A stretch of DNA of 64,000 nt, taken from assembly GCA_002633005.1 (NCBI GenBank), contig NMRA01000225.1, forward strand, positions 488,547 to 552,546. The letters run 5' to 3'. The stretch comes from Phoronis australis (Eukaryota > Animalia > Phoronida). Of the stretch, positions 38,101 to 50,384 are shown one piece after another (the stretch's first letter is position 1; each line of letters begins with the position of its first letter). The position numbers and the translations under genes were made by a program. Under the pieces are notes generated by a model. The model saw nothing but the letters and a program-made list of their open reading frames with translations. It was not told where the DNA came from and ran no database searches.

Positions 38101-41100
38101 AACTTGTAGGTGCTGTCACTATCTCCACGCTAGTAGACAAGAACGCGTGCACCCCTCATCCCGAATTTCTCGGCACACCAAAGACTTCGCGGTGCCAGAG
38201 CACACATCGCTATTCGTGGGCCTGGGTGAAGGTTTATTAGATGAGTAATTGCGTTCGTAACACGCCTGTTCAGCGTACTATTTTAAAAGTCAAAACAAAA
38301 ACGAACAATAAGTAAGGCAACTACCAAAATGATTGCTTTAAAATTGAAATATCAATGTTATCCGTCTTCCAGTTTTCAAAATCTGTGTATTATAAGGGAT
38401 ATTATAGCGAATAAGTTTTCTTCAGCAGCGCAGCTGAGCCACGCGCATTCATTAACTTTATATGCGCTAACTGCGAAGCGATACCGAAGCTAGTTTACAG
38501 TGAAACAACACGTGTAGATGAGATAAAAGGAATTGGTTAGGCTCGCTTATAGCGTTTGGGTGACAATGTTTGCGTTGTCTTTTTCTCGCAGGACCGTCGG
38601 CAGATCACTGGGCGTACCCGAGCCAGCAATCGCCAGATTATTTGTAAATAGCAGGTCGACTTCATTTGGTTGATCGACGTCAATAGCAGAGTAGCATCGT
38701 CTTTACATCGTTTAAATTTGACCACTGCTTCTGAGAATCCACACTTCAACCTATTCTAAGTATGTGTGTTCACTGATTCATGGATGTATGGACTGCTGAC
38801 TGAAAATGTGGCTCGACTGACTTGGTTATTGAACAACACCACATCGTAAACCTTAATAAAAGTGTTAAGATTCTAAAAAGACACTGTCATCAATGAAATA
38901 CAATTATAAGTTTATCTGCGAACTTTTCAAGAATGTGTAGGCTAGCTGGAATTTCAATTACGCAATTAACGTCATCGCAGTATAGTAGCCTTTTTTAATG
39001 TTTATTACGAAATCTTCAGAATACAATGAATATACATAACCCAGAAAGCGCCAACAGGCATTAGATCTGGGTAAAAAAAATACAAAGAAGTCTATATACA
39101 ATGATTATATACGAATAAAAAAACTGATGTTAAGAATACAATGATATATGACAACGAATAAAAATAATTCATTTTCATACAGATGTATAAAATTCTATCC
39201 ACTCACACACAAAGAGATTTAATGTTATAATAAAGAAATTCTGATGCTATTTCAAATAAAACCTTATTTTCGTTTGAGCTAAGTTCCTAACATCCATATA
39301 GAAAGAAATTAATTTTGTTGTACAATTGCGGAATTTCAGAGTATTTTTATAAACATTGGGGTATTGTTCGAGTGCCTGGAAGAGCTGTACCCTCTCCTCC
39401 TTGCATACCTCAAAAGGAAAGAAAACATGAGGATATGTCTGGGTATCTCCACAGGAACACAGAGCCGAAATATTATTAAAATTACGTCTAAATTTCTCGT
39501 TGTTTAGGAATAGACCACATCTTGATCTGTATAGGGTTATTTCATGGTTACGGGGAAGTTGGAATGATGTCAATGGGACTGGCAGGTCTGGAGTAGTGGT
39601 ATGCATTTTAAAGTTATTTTTGAGAGTGACGATTGAAGTGCTTTCTTTTATTTTGATAGGTAAGGAATTCCAGTTGTCAATACAAGTTAATATCGTTGAT
39701 CTTCTGAAGGCTTGGCTGATAGAGGCTGGAATAGTATACATATTGCTGTGCCGGAGTCCTGGTCTCGTGCTTGGTCCTTTGTAGGAGTCAAAGAGGATTT
39801 TGTTAGAGTAATTGTTTATGTTGGTTAAGACTTTGAATGTATACATGGACAGGTGGAGTTTACGACGGGTTGCTAGTTTGCTCCAGTGAAGACTATTTAG
39901 AACCTTGATTGTGTTGGACCCTTTGTATGCCCCGGTTATGGCTAAAGCTGCTTGGTATTGTAGTCTTTCTAATTGGAGAAGTATGCCAGCGTTTGCCGAT
40001 TGGTAGATTATGTCACAGTAATCTAGATGTGGAAGTACAAAACACTTGAACAGAGTTTCAAGATGCATGGAGTTGAGATGACGAGAGATAATTGTAATTG
40101 ATTAATTAATTTTTGTACTTTTTGAGTATGCCAGCGTTTGCCGATTGATAGATTATGTCACAGTAATCTAGATGTGGAAGTACAAAACACTTGAACAGAG
40201 TTTCAAGATGCATGGAGTTGAGATGACGAGAGATAATTGTAATTGATTAATTAATTTTTGTACTTTTTGAGTATGCCAGCGTTTGCCGATTGATAGATTA
40301 TGTCACAGTAATCTAGATGTGGAAGTACAAAACACTTGAACAGAGTTTCAAGATGCATGGAGTTGAGATGACGAGAGATAATTGTAATTGATTAATTAAT
40401 TTTTGTACTTTTTGAGTATGCCAGCGTTTGCCGATTGATAGATTATGTCACAGTAATCTAGATGTGGAAGTACAAAACACTTGAACAGAGTTTCAAGATG
40501 CATGGAGTTGAGATGACGAGAGATAATTGTAATTGATTAATTAATTTTTGTACTTTTTGAGTATGCCAGCGTTTGCCGATTGATAGATTATGTCACAGTA
40601 ATCTAGATGTGGAAGTACAAAACACTTGAACAGAGTTTCAAGATGCATGGAGTTGAGATGACGAGAGATAATTGTAATTGATTAATTAATTTTTGTACTT
40701 TTTGAACGAGTTCACGACAATGAGGAGTAAATGTAAGTTTATGGTCGAGTAGCAAGCCAAGATGTTTGTGGGTGAACTTATTGGGGATAACTTCCCCATT
40801 GAGTGATAATTCCAGTGTTGGATTTGTTTGGAAGTGAGTATTTTTAGACTTAGAAAATATAAGATCAACACTTTTTTCAGGTTTAAATTTCATGTTCCAT
40901 TTGTGAGACCAGTCATAGAGTTTGTTAAGGTCAGTTTGCAATTGTAAGGAGTCATGGGGATGCTCTTTTGAGAATGGGTGGAATATTGCAGTGTCATCAG
41001 CATATAAGAATGTTTTAGAGCTTATCGTGTCTGGCAGATCATTGATGTACAGTAAAAAGAGTAAGGGGCCTAGTACGCTACCCTGTGGTACTCCAGCATT

Positions 41101-44100
41101 TACGAAACCTGGCGTTGATGAAGGTGATAAGACACCCTCAATTCGGACTTTGTAAGTTCGATTTTCCAGATATGATTTTAAAAGTAAGAGGAGAGTGCCT
41201 GAGAAACCGTAAGATTGTAATTTATGTAGAAGCAGGTCATGGGGAACGACATCAAAAGCTGACGCAATGTCTAAAAATACACGTTGTACCCTTGCTCAAA
41301 CTGGAGGTGGATGTCGCGTACAATTTCTGTAAGTTGCGACACAGTGCTGTTACCAGGCATGAATCCAAATTGGCGACGATATATGAGGTTTCGTGAAGAG
41401 AGGTGATCAAACATGTGCTGAAAAATGATTTTTTTTCTAAAATTTTGGATAAGGTGTTAAGTAGAGTTATGGGGCGATAGTTGGCAATGTCTGTTTTGGA
41501 GTTCTTTTTGTGTATTGGTATCATAACACCAAGCTTCCAGTTCAAAGGAAATTTTCCAGATTGTAGTATTTTGTTGTATAATGTTGTCAGAGGAAGTGTA
41601 AGATCTCTTGCTATTATCTTGATCATTTTATTGGTTATGAGATTGGTACCGTCGTTTTTGTTTTCGTCAATGTGTTCCAGTAGTTTTCTGACTTCAGATG
41701 GTTGGGCTTCTATGTAAGAGAGGTGTTCTAATGGTCTGTTTGGGAATTCTGGATAGTTTATTGTTGGTGCAATGTGACTCTTGGCAGTGAAGTAGTCTAA
41801 AAATAAGATACTTTTATCGGCTTTGGATGACGCCTGAGAGTTGGATTCTTTTGAGTGGATGGTGGGGTATGATGATTGCTTTACCTGTCCTCGAATTTTG
41901 TTTACTACATCCCAATATTCCTTAGAATTTTTGGAGACATTTTTGATATTGGAGATAACTTTCATATGGTAGCCTTGAAAGCGGACTGATGTTTCCGTAG
42001 ATAAGCCCACTCGATGAACCGCCCATGGGCGTTTATTCGGAAAATTATGCCAAATAGAAGACCATGGGCGTTTATTTGGTGTTACAACTTTGGGTGTCGA
42101 GTGTCCAGATAGTAGGGCGTTTCTGTTAGGAAAAAATCCTCCTAAAAGCTCACTTCCAGTCAACTTTTTGTCACAAATTCAGTTTTATGGAGCATTTATC
42201 ATTTATAAAAACGAATTAAATTTAAAAACACGCGCTCCCCTTTTCCGAATAAACACCTGGGCGTTTATTTGGTGTAACTAAAACGTCTGAAAATTTTCAT
42301 TTTCCGAATAAACGTCCATGGGCTTATCTATGCTCCAGGTGCTTGAAAACTTGACAATTGCCGTGCTTACTATTGGTTTTTGCGTGAAAGTGTGAAACTG
42401 AAGCCGTTTTGTTTCGAAAATTTAAAGTGGCCAAAACAACACAGTGTATTTTCTTTTTAGGATCTTGAAGATGATCTCTCATCGGACTTGTCTGGCGATT
42501 TTAAAACCGCTGTTCTGGACCGAATGTGCCCCCTTAACCGTCTGAATGCGCACCGCCTCAGAAAAGCTATGAAGGTTTGCAATATGCTCCCAGTTCCACA
42601 ATGTGCACCTGGTCCAGGAGAACAAGTTAATTAAAGTTATGCTGTCTCGGTTTACTACCATTCCACAATATTAAGTTCATAAATTTACACGGTTCTTGTG
42701 ATTTTTTGCTCGTAGAAGTGGCTTAGATTTGTGACATATTTTGTTAGAAGAGTTTATTACTAGCTCGTTTTAGATCGTGAGACATTCTTCCTCATTAGAT
42801 ATTTCCACGCACATGCACTTGTACTTCACAACTAGGAAAGTCTCATGGTACCGTTTCGCTAGGGCCTGGGCACAGACGAAGACGCCTTGATTGATATTTT
42901 ATGCTCTTCTACCAACGATCAGATATTGGAAATGAAAGAGATGTACTCGAAAGGTATGTACATGTATGAAACGTCTATGCTGTAACTGTAGGGTGGCGAC
43001 AGATTAGTTACTTTCCAAAATCTTTGAAAATAGAGTTGCCCCATATTTACAAAAAAAATCTTAAGGTTTGGAAGGCATCCCAAAATAAACTTTACCTGAG
43101 AGTGTCGGTCAAATGAGAACCTTATTCTCGTTGAGATTCGTTAGTTCAATCGGTTGTTTCAGTAGCCCGTATTTCATCATGTTGTTTTTAGGAAAATATT
43201 CACATCTAACAATATTTTAAAATGCGCATTCCATTTAGTGACCTTGCTTAGTTCAGAAAAGTTAAAGCGTGCCAGTTTGCGAAGATGCTTTTGTAACAGG
43301 GACTTTTAAAAATCACCGGTGTCCCCTTGCGCTTGCGGCGACAAAACTGGACGCTTATGGAACAGCAAATGTGGGCTATGATGGCCGCTTCAGTTGCCAA
43401 TTACGTAACGCATAAGTGTGATTCTGATCGAGTTTGCCGTGGCTGTCATAGACATGGATCGGTATTAAGGTTTTTATCATGTATTTAGGTTGTTAGCTTT
43501 TAGATGCATTTACAAACGTAAGCCAACACTGATGTGTAATTGCCATAGCACGAGAAAAACGGAATAAATTGCGTTTTCTGCCACTGAAATAGAATTCAAA
43601 CTGTTCACCAAGAATTTTTACGGTTTGTTTCTAAAGATTTTGAATTTCTGTTGATGTCAATGCCATTTTTCATTTAGTTTCTAATTTAAAAGAAAAAAAC
43701 GATCTGTCAGCTACTCTTCACTTCGTCGATTTTTCTCCCACACGCAAAGCACGTCTCGTTATTAGGTATGGTAAAATATTGACTTAGCACATCCCCTTTA
43801 TACATGTATGGAGGTAAACAAAACAATGTCTTATTTCGTGCAGCAGACAATCTGACTTTTTATAGCGCATGCGTGCATATGTACATTATTATGGGATAGA
43901 GCAATCAATCCCTCGATTTTGGGGCCTAATATTGGGCCCCATTCCCTCTGAAAATGTTGAAAAAGCAAGCGGAATTCCAAAAATTCACTCTAGTCAATTG
44001 AAAAAGTCCCATTGTGGTTCCTGTAGCTCACACACGTGGCAATTTGAAAAAGCACAAAAAGTTAGTTTTGGCTACTTGAGGCGGAGCCTATGAGAGCTTC

Positions 44101-47100
44101 CACAAGGGTGGAAGTTGCTATTGATGGGGGGGGGGGGAGGGGTAGAATTTAAAGGCCACTCCAAAAATTGTAGTTTTCTCCTCTTGTGATCGAGGGCCAT
44201 GAGGTCTGACAATTTGAAATTGTATTGGAATGAAAGAGTTTTTATTTCGCCTGCGTTTCAAAAATAGTGACTGGCGATTTTTCTATAAATGAACAACTTT
44301 CACTTTAGCATCTTTCAGAAGTAGATTCGTCACGATCTAGCTGCTAAATGTACGAATCATTCAAAACCTCTTTAATTACCGAACGTCAAGTATTCAAACC
44401 TACGCGTGCACTTCTGCCATTTTAAGCTAAGCCCTTCGGTTTTTAAAACATTACCACGCTCACCTAATCTTGAATTGTTGCCAAATTAAGCGGCTACTGA
44501 AGTCATGGGCAATGCGTAGGCATAGGATGCGCCATATTCGAAATCGACGCATTAGTTGGCTAATCCCAATAAACTTTCAAGCCTTTACTCGAGTCGCTGA
44601 ACGTGTCAATGTTTTTGAGGTAATAGAATTACAATCTTATCAAGGAAAAGAGTGTTATCCCATAGATATGTAAGTACGGTCACTGAATACACTGTGAAGT
44701 TAAATAAGAGAAATTAAAGCCAATCCGCAACTACAGAAGCCGTATTTCACGGTTGGTGTACAGTCTCCTGGTAGAGTAAATTCAAGTGGAAGACAGTAAA
44801 TTTTATTTTACTCGTTCATTTGGGTTACCTAAAACATTGATTCAAGTCGTCGTTCCTGAAAAAGCTGCTCTAAGTTAAAACAGCAACTATTTACCGGTGA
44901 AAATTCCGACGCACGGTGATCAGGCGGCAATTTTTTGGGCCTACCTAGTTTCAATCTGGGTCATCATAAATAGGTTAGCCATATTTTTGCCGGCGAAATA
45001 GCGTTCCCACCAAAATCGGCCAGAAATCTGGTTCAAATGAAACCAAAAGTTTTGTAATGGGTGCATACAGGGTGCCTACACTAAGCATTAAGATGGTTAC
45101 AGGAAATTGTAACCTAATATCGAGTCGTTTGTGTTATTTACTGACATGATATCACCTGCTGTCATGGTGTATTTTATCTCAGTCTCGTTGGGATATTCCC
45201 TGATAAAATGTTTTCTCGATAGGATATGGCAGTAGTATTCCTATGTATGTGGGATAACTTATATTTATGAGCTCGAGTTTTTATGAGCTCAATCATCTAA
45301 TTCATATTGAACATTGGCGAAATGTTCTTTTACGGCCGAAAAACGCAATTTTGTGATTATCGGTGAACAGAATAAATTAAAAGTTATCAGATAATTGCTA
45401 ATAGAGCTGTGCGCTTGTGTTATAAATTGCCTGCTGTTAGACATTCTATGAAACTATCACCTTCAGCGACTTAACCAGTTATGCATGCTGATAGCTTAAA
45501 AAATAAGATATCGTTCCTACTTCTCATTTCCCAATTTAGTCGCAGTGTTCAATCGACAGACTCTCTCGCCCGAAGCCCGCCACGCGCGTTGTCGTGGTGA
45601 TTTTCTGTTCCAGTGACAGATATACGCCTCTTTCTTCGGAATCGCTGTCACAACGCGCGACGCGTGGGTGGGGCTGAATCATCGTGTACAATATAGTTGG
45701 TCTGGAAAAGTTGTTATAATGAATTATAATATTAATTCTGTGAAGTTAAAGCTATGAAACTTCGAGATCCAGGTACGAATTAAGTTGCGTCACATACGTA
45801 CGGGACGGGCCAGATCTCGCCGCCAATTTAACCGTTTTTTACGTGTTTTGGTAAGGGTCATGCTTTATGTGACTGCGGAGTGTTTTGCTACATAAATGTT
45901 CTCTGATGACTACTCTGTCTACTCTTACAGAGTTCGGGAGGTCACTTGAAGATGACGTAGCTTCTGAATGCCGTGGCCATTTAAAAAAGATCCTCGTGTC
46001 TCAGATACAAGCCAACCGTGATGAGAGCATGGATATAGATGAAGCTATGGTGCAGCAGGACGCCCAAGATCTCTTCGACGTACGTCGCTTACACCAAAAC
46101 TATCTTTGTTGTAGTTGAGCTAGAAGTGAAACGCCATAGTTTTTAGGTTAGAATTGGGAAATTTATAAACACTAGTAACCAAAAGACGTCGCTTCAGTTT
46201 CTGAGGAAGCAAGATAGAGACCAAACGTAAATGGCAATCAAGGCCCACGAAATTACCACCGTATGGAATCTTGATTTTGACTACAGTGCTGAAGTGATTA
46301 GACTATGGGGGTATGACGACTATGGGCCAACTGGGTGGTGAAGATGAATATGTCTTCATCCCACTTATTTTCAGAACTACTAATTTTCAATCCTTGATCA
46401 ACTACCCGTCTATGCAATGTACCACCCACCTACATGGGCAGCGCAGCACTGAAAAAAGTGGGGAGCTAAAGCCCCCGCAGCCCCCTGTGGTGCACCGCCT
46501 ATAGACCATATGCGGCGTAGCACTGAAAAAAGTGGGAAGGGGGGCTATAGCCTCCCTCAGCCCCCTATGGTGCGCCGCCCATGACTTATACAGTTAAAAC
46601 AAACCGAACTAGTCGTACGGAATTAAGCTTGTGGCATGCCATGCATGTTTGTCACCATAATTCCTGGTGATTTAGTAACTTCGGCATCTGAACCTGATGA
46701 TATCAGTGAATGCGTTGCGTCAAATCAAATTGACAGACGTACATGTGCATACACGCATGCATACAAACAAGCAAACAAACAAACAAACAAACAAACAAAC
46801 AAACAAACATACATACATACATACATACATACATACATACATACATACAAACATACATACATACATACATACATACATACATACACATTTTCAATGTTAG
46901 GCAAACAACATATATATTTTTCAAATGTAAACAGTAACCTTCTTTTGAAAAAAAATGGATGTACTCCGACAATAAAAAAGTGGAAAACATAACATTATTC
47001 TAAGCTATTTACCCATCTCCGACGGAAAACAAGAATAGTTCATATTAAACTCCAACTTCGTTCCATCAGGCGGGTGAAGGTCAGTGGGGCACAGACGAGG

Positions 47101-49867
47101 GTGTCTTCAACAGGATCCTGTCCACGCGCAGCTTTCGACACTTAAGGCATGTGTTCGAGACCTACAAAAACCTATCGGAGAAGACTGTTCTGGATGCAAT
47201 TGAGGCAGAAACCAGCGGCGACTTAAGGAAAGCTTTCGTGTCCATAGGTATGCGCTGTCATGGCATGGAAACTAGGCGTGCTCATTTTCAAATTCGTAGT
47301 TTGTTCCGCTTTATCAGGATGAATGCATCTGCATGAGGGTTCAGTAGTCATGTTGCCCAAAATCACTGCAAAGTATAGCTAGTTCGAAGGCTTTATTTAC
47401 GTGACTGAAATATTGCACTGCAGAATTATATTAAAGCGTGACTGATTTCATTTGCATTTTTGATTACTGCACTAAACAAATTTAGGTACCGCGTTGGTGA
47501 ACGGGAGACTCTGCCAATTTTAAAAGCATACCAAACCCGGTTTTGATACTGGAAATGACTTTCCCACCCAGTTTTCAGACAAAAAATAATTCTGTGTAAC
47601 CCTCGACAACAAGAATTTGGAAGAAATTTTGAAAACTCCTTCAAAACTTGCTAAACGGGTAAGCGTGCGTGACCTTCGCTTTATTAGCGAATTACACCAC
47701 CCGTTCCAAACGCCATAACACCGCAACTGTGGGAAAAGACCACGCACCAAGGGCCATAGCCAGGGTATTATTCCATTGAAACAGGAACCCTGATGTCAAA
47801 CAGTTATCCGGAGTCGAAAACAGACTCCCGCACCTTCAGAACAGCTAACCAGCCCCACCCAAAATACACGAACCCTCACCTTTAAAACAGGAACCCCGGG
47901 GATCGGACGGGAAACCCGGACAACTTTTCAAATTTTCTGAGACCGTTGTCAGTAGCCTCAAACTTTGAGTTAAAGCAACTTTAAGTACTTTCCAGTTGCT
48001 TTCTGCATTTGTTTGTTAAAAATTGTGAATGATAAAACGTAAATATTATATTGACATTGTTACTTGATTATTATTGGTAAAACTGGTGCAACTTAGTCAG
48101 TGGGCGAATTTTAACATAATCTGTACTTTCCTGGTTGTTATTTCGGTGAATAATTGGTTAATTTCAGATTATTCATTAGTTTCTTCAAAAGTATTTTCAA
48201 AAATGAGAGCCATTTCTTCTTGGTGGAGGAAGTACATTTGACTGAATAATTGGGGAAAAAGAAATTGGCCAGTAGGTAACGCAATACATAAAGTGTTCAT
48301 GGTGCCGAAAGCCGACGCCAAAGATGGCACCGCAACTTTAGCAGCAGAATAACGTAGAACGCCAGTCCGTCATAAGTTGTCTAAAATTCTCAGATGTTAA
48401 AACAACACATCACAACAACTATTTAACGTAGGATGGTTTATTTTTCATTAAACGAAGTTTGACAGAAAGTGAGGGAGTCGTGTTTTGGTCCCCGGGTACC
48501 CGATCCCCGGCTGGATTCTGTTTTAAAGGTCAGGGTTCGATTTTCGGGCTGGTTAGTTATTTTGAAGGTGCATGAGCCTATTTTTGACTCCGGGGATATC
48601 TGCTTACACGGGGATTTCCATTTGATGGAACACCTTGAGGACATAGCATGCCTTTAACTTGGAACATTGACGGCAATAAGTGATGCATTAGCAGGTGATA
48701 GAACGAGGATTGGTGGAAATCATCAAGACGAAGTTTCGTATCCTCTTAATGTACTAGACGTTCGCAACACTCCTAAAAAACATACCGGTGAAGTTTTGGC
48801 TGTGTCCGTGGTGAGGGCCACTTAAACCTTTTGAACCCTACCTAGATCCATCACTGGATTTTGTGCCTTTGATGGCATCGTGTATCCACTGGTATAAAGC
48901 GTTTATTGCATTCGCATGTTGTTAATCTCTGACTGTTAATCTTTGGATGAAGTAATTACTAAATGAGAAAACGACTAACCCCGGCTTCCTTGACCTTTCC
49001 AAAGAGGTGCAGGTTCGAGAGTTGAATATACTGTAGATGTTATTCTTACCAGTTTGGCTCTTAGAATGAATTATACAAAACTACTCTCGCGCTACCCATC
49101 ACAGACAATTTACATCTCTTCTTTTAGCAAAGTTTGCCCAGAATCGTCTAGTTTTTTACGCGGAGCAGTTCCATGCAGCCATGGCCGGTATTGGTACGGA
49201 CGAGAACTCATTAACGAGACTTGTTCTTGCTCACTGCGAGGTAGGTCTAGTTTTCGTCGCCAACACCTCTGGCATCATAGCAACTAAGGCCAGGGTTTTT
49301 TGCTTGCACTTGCGCTACCCGGTTTGTTACTCGTTGTTTTTTCATGAAGTGAAACTAGTGGTGCATGGTCACAGTGGACGCAACGCCTACGACAATATGT
49401 TTTAGGCTAAAATTCCGTTAGAAAAGACGAAGTTCTGATTTAGTGGCAAAACGTTTCTCAAGCTTTACATTATAACGTTATAGAGAAAATTACGAATTTT
49501 GTATCGAGTGAATCAGTTCTGTTCAGTTATCTACCTCCAAGCTATGCGGTGGCCCAAAACCGACACCGACAAAATAACATGAGGAAAAAATGGCTTTTGT
49601 CCAAGGTGGAAAGGTTTTCTTCTCGGAGAAGTGGTTTTTCCTGTTATCTTTTCAATGTCAACTTTGGGCCACCGTAATTTCACACGTATGCTAACTTTCA
49701 CTACAACATTTCTTGAATATGTTTTGTAGGTAGACCTGGCTCAAATTAAACAGGTATTTCTGACCACGTATGGGAAGTCCTTGGTGGATCGTATAGCAGA
49801 CGACACCAGTGGTTACTATCGCCTGCTACTCTGTCGCTTGGTCTCTAAAAGTTACGCCGAAGCTTAG
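35120..49867 (+). CDS. Annexin (four-repeat core, short N-terminus, 325 aa), 9 coding exons
   Basis: Exons 35120-35137, 36396-36477, 36735-36829, 42461-42574, 42863-42953, 45931-46079, 47070-47247, 49128-49240 and 49730-49867 total 978 nt in frame. Endonexin motifs KGLGTDE, KGLGTDE, GQWGTDE, AGIGTDE. The 95/114/91-nt exons match the classic annexin exon sizes. Confidence 0.95.
36396..36477 (+). CDS. Annexin exon 2
   Basis: GSVVPVKDDEFNPEWAAEMLYKAVKGL; acceptor ttttcag, donor gtacag. Confidence 0.92.
36735..36829 (+). CDS. Annexin exon 3
   Basis: GTDEKAIIDIL...YKTAYGQ, 95 nt. Confidence 0.95.
36990..39054. repeat. About 1.03-kb duplication around a single N (probably two alleles assembled in tandem)
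   Basis: 36990-38028 versus 38030-39054; N at 38029; scattered SNPs and a 15-bp indel. Confidence 0.85.
38991..41970 (-). mobile_element. 5'-truncated, frameshifted non-LTR retrotransposon (CR1/L2-group LINE) in annexin intron 3
   Basis: RT motifs WKLGVMIPIHKK, NYRPITLLNTLSKILEK, GVPQGSVLGP, YADD (40993-41004), HKHLGLLLD and LPHLDYCDIIY; C-terminal CSCG..H; 3' tail AATAAACATTAAAAAA ending at 38991. Confidence 0.9.
39980..40704. repeat. Five-copy 145-bp near-perfect tandem array inside LINE ORF2
   Basis: Units start at 39980, 40125, 40270, 40415 and 40560. Confidence 0.95.
41995..42333. mobile_element. MITE with long imperfect TIRs at the truncated 5' end of the LINE
   Basis: TAGATAAGCCC...ATGGGCGTTTATTCGGAAAAT versus ATTTTCCGAATAAACGTCCATGGGCTTATCTA; internal repeats of gggcgtttatt. 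Confidence 0.6.
42461..42574 (+). CDS. Annexin exon 4
   Basis: DLEDDLSSDLSGDFK...LRKAMK, 114 nt. Confidence 0.95.
42863..42953 (+). CDS. Annexin exon 5
   Basis: GLGTDEDALIDILC..., 91 nt. Confidence 0.95.
45931..46079 (+). CDS. Annexin exon 6
   Basis: FGRSLEDDVASECRGHLKKILVS...ANRDES...DAQDLFD. Confidence 0.95.
46433..46583. repeat. Two adjacent about 70-bp mini-elements
   Basis: agcactgaaaaaagtggg...cagccccct.tggtgc.ccgcc occurs twice. Confidence 0.55.
46760..46886. repeat. Compound microsatellite (CAAA)n(CATA)n
   Basis: Directly visible. Confidence 0.97.
47070..47247 (+). CDS. Annexin exon 7
   Basis: AGEGQWGTDEGVFNRILSTRS...ETSGDLRKAFVSI. Confidence 0.95.
47770..48630. repeat. Diverged inverted repeat pair (about 47770-47915 and 48490-48630) in annexin intron 7
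   Basis: tccggagtcgaaaacag...gcaccttcagaacagctaaccagccc...cctttaaaacagga is the reverse complement of ttctgttttaaagg...gggctggttagttattttgaaggtgc...ctatttttgactccgg. Confidence 0.65.
49128..49240 (+). CDS. Annexin exon 8
   Basis: FYAEQFHAAMAGIGTDENSLTRLVLAHCE. Confidence 0.95.
49730..49867 (+). CDS. Annexin exon 9 (terminal)
   Basis: VDLAQIKQVF...YGKSL...DDTSGYYR...*; ATTAAA at about 50009. Confidence 0.95.
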   Translation, partial: VDLAQIKQVFLTTYGKSLVDRIADDTSGYYRLLLCRLVSKSYAEA

Positions 49868-50384
49868 GGAATTTATGGCTGATCTAATCATCACTTCATT
49901 GTTGCTTTTGTATTGAGCGTAATTTCCTGCGGCCCAGAAATGTATAAATCGCCATTCCATGAGGAAGGTTGAAAACGTTCTCATCTCTACTGACTATTTA
50001 TGTTGATTATTAAACTAGTAAATTTGTTTAATGAATAAGTTGTTGTACGATTGTCATTTGAATACGCTTCACTCAATGCGCTAAATATAAAAAGCCAAAT
50101 TTAATTCGTAACAACGCTTCACTGTTTATACCCTATGGAACCGATTAGTAAATTGTTTGTTTATTGGCAAAACATTGATAAATTTCGTCAACTTTTCTCA
50201 TCATCATTACCACTTTAGTAAGTCATGGCTTGAGACTAAATTTTGTCTGGAATGGATCAACACAATCGTCAACAGTGAACTGAATAACGGCAACGCATTT
50301 GTTTACGCTACTGTATTATTCTTGATTAACAATATATTATAAGCAACGAAGGCACTCTCGGCGAAATACATACGTCCTAGACAA

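Noticed and set aside
37511-38749. Duplicated 70-aa minus-strand ORF as a tandem gene pair
   Set aside because: It lies in the N-joined allelic duplication, has no recognisable motif and has a non-ATG start.
39980-40704. CRISPR-like periodic array
   Set aside because: Units are contiguous and near identical with no unique spacers; they derive from LINE sequence in a eukaryotic context.
46636-46992. ORFs with TNKQ/TYIH repeats
   Set aside because: They are translations of the (CAAA)n(CATA)n microsatellite.
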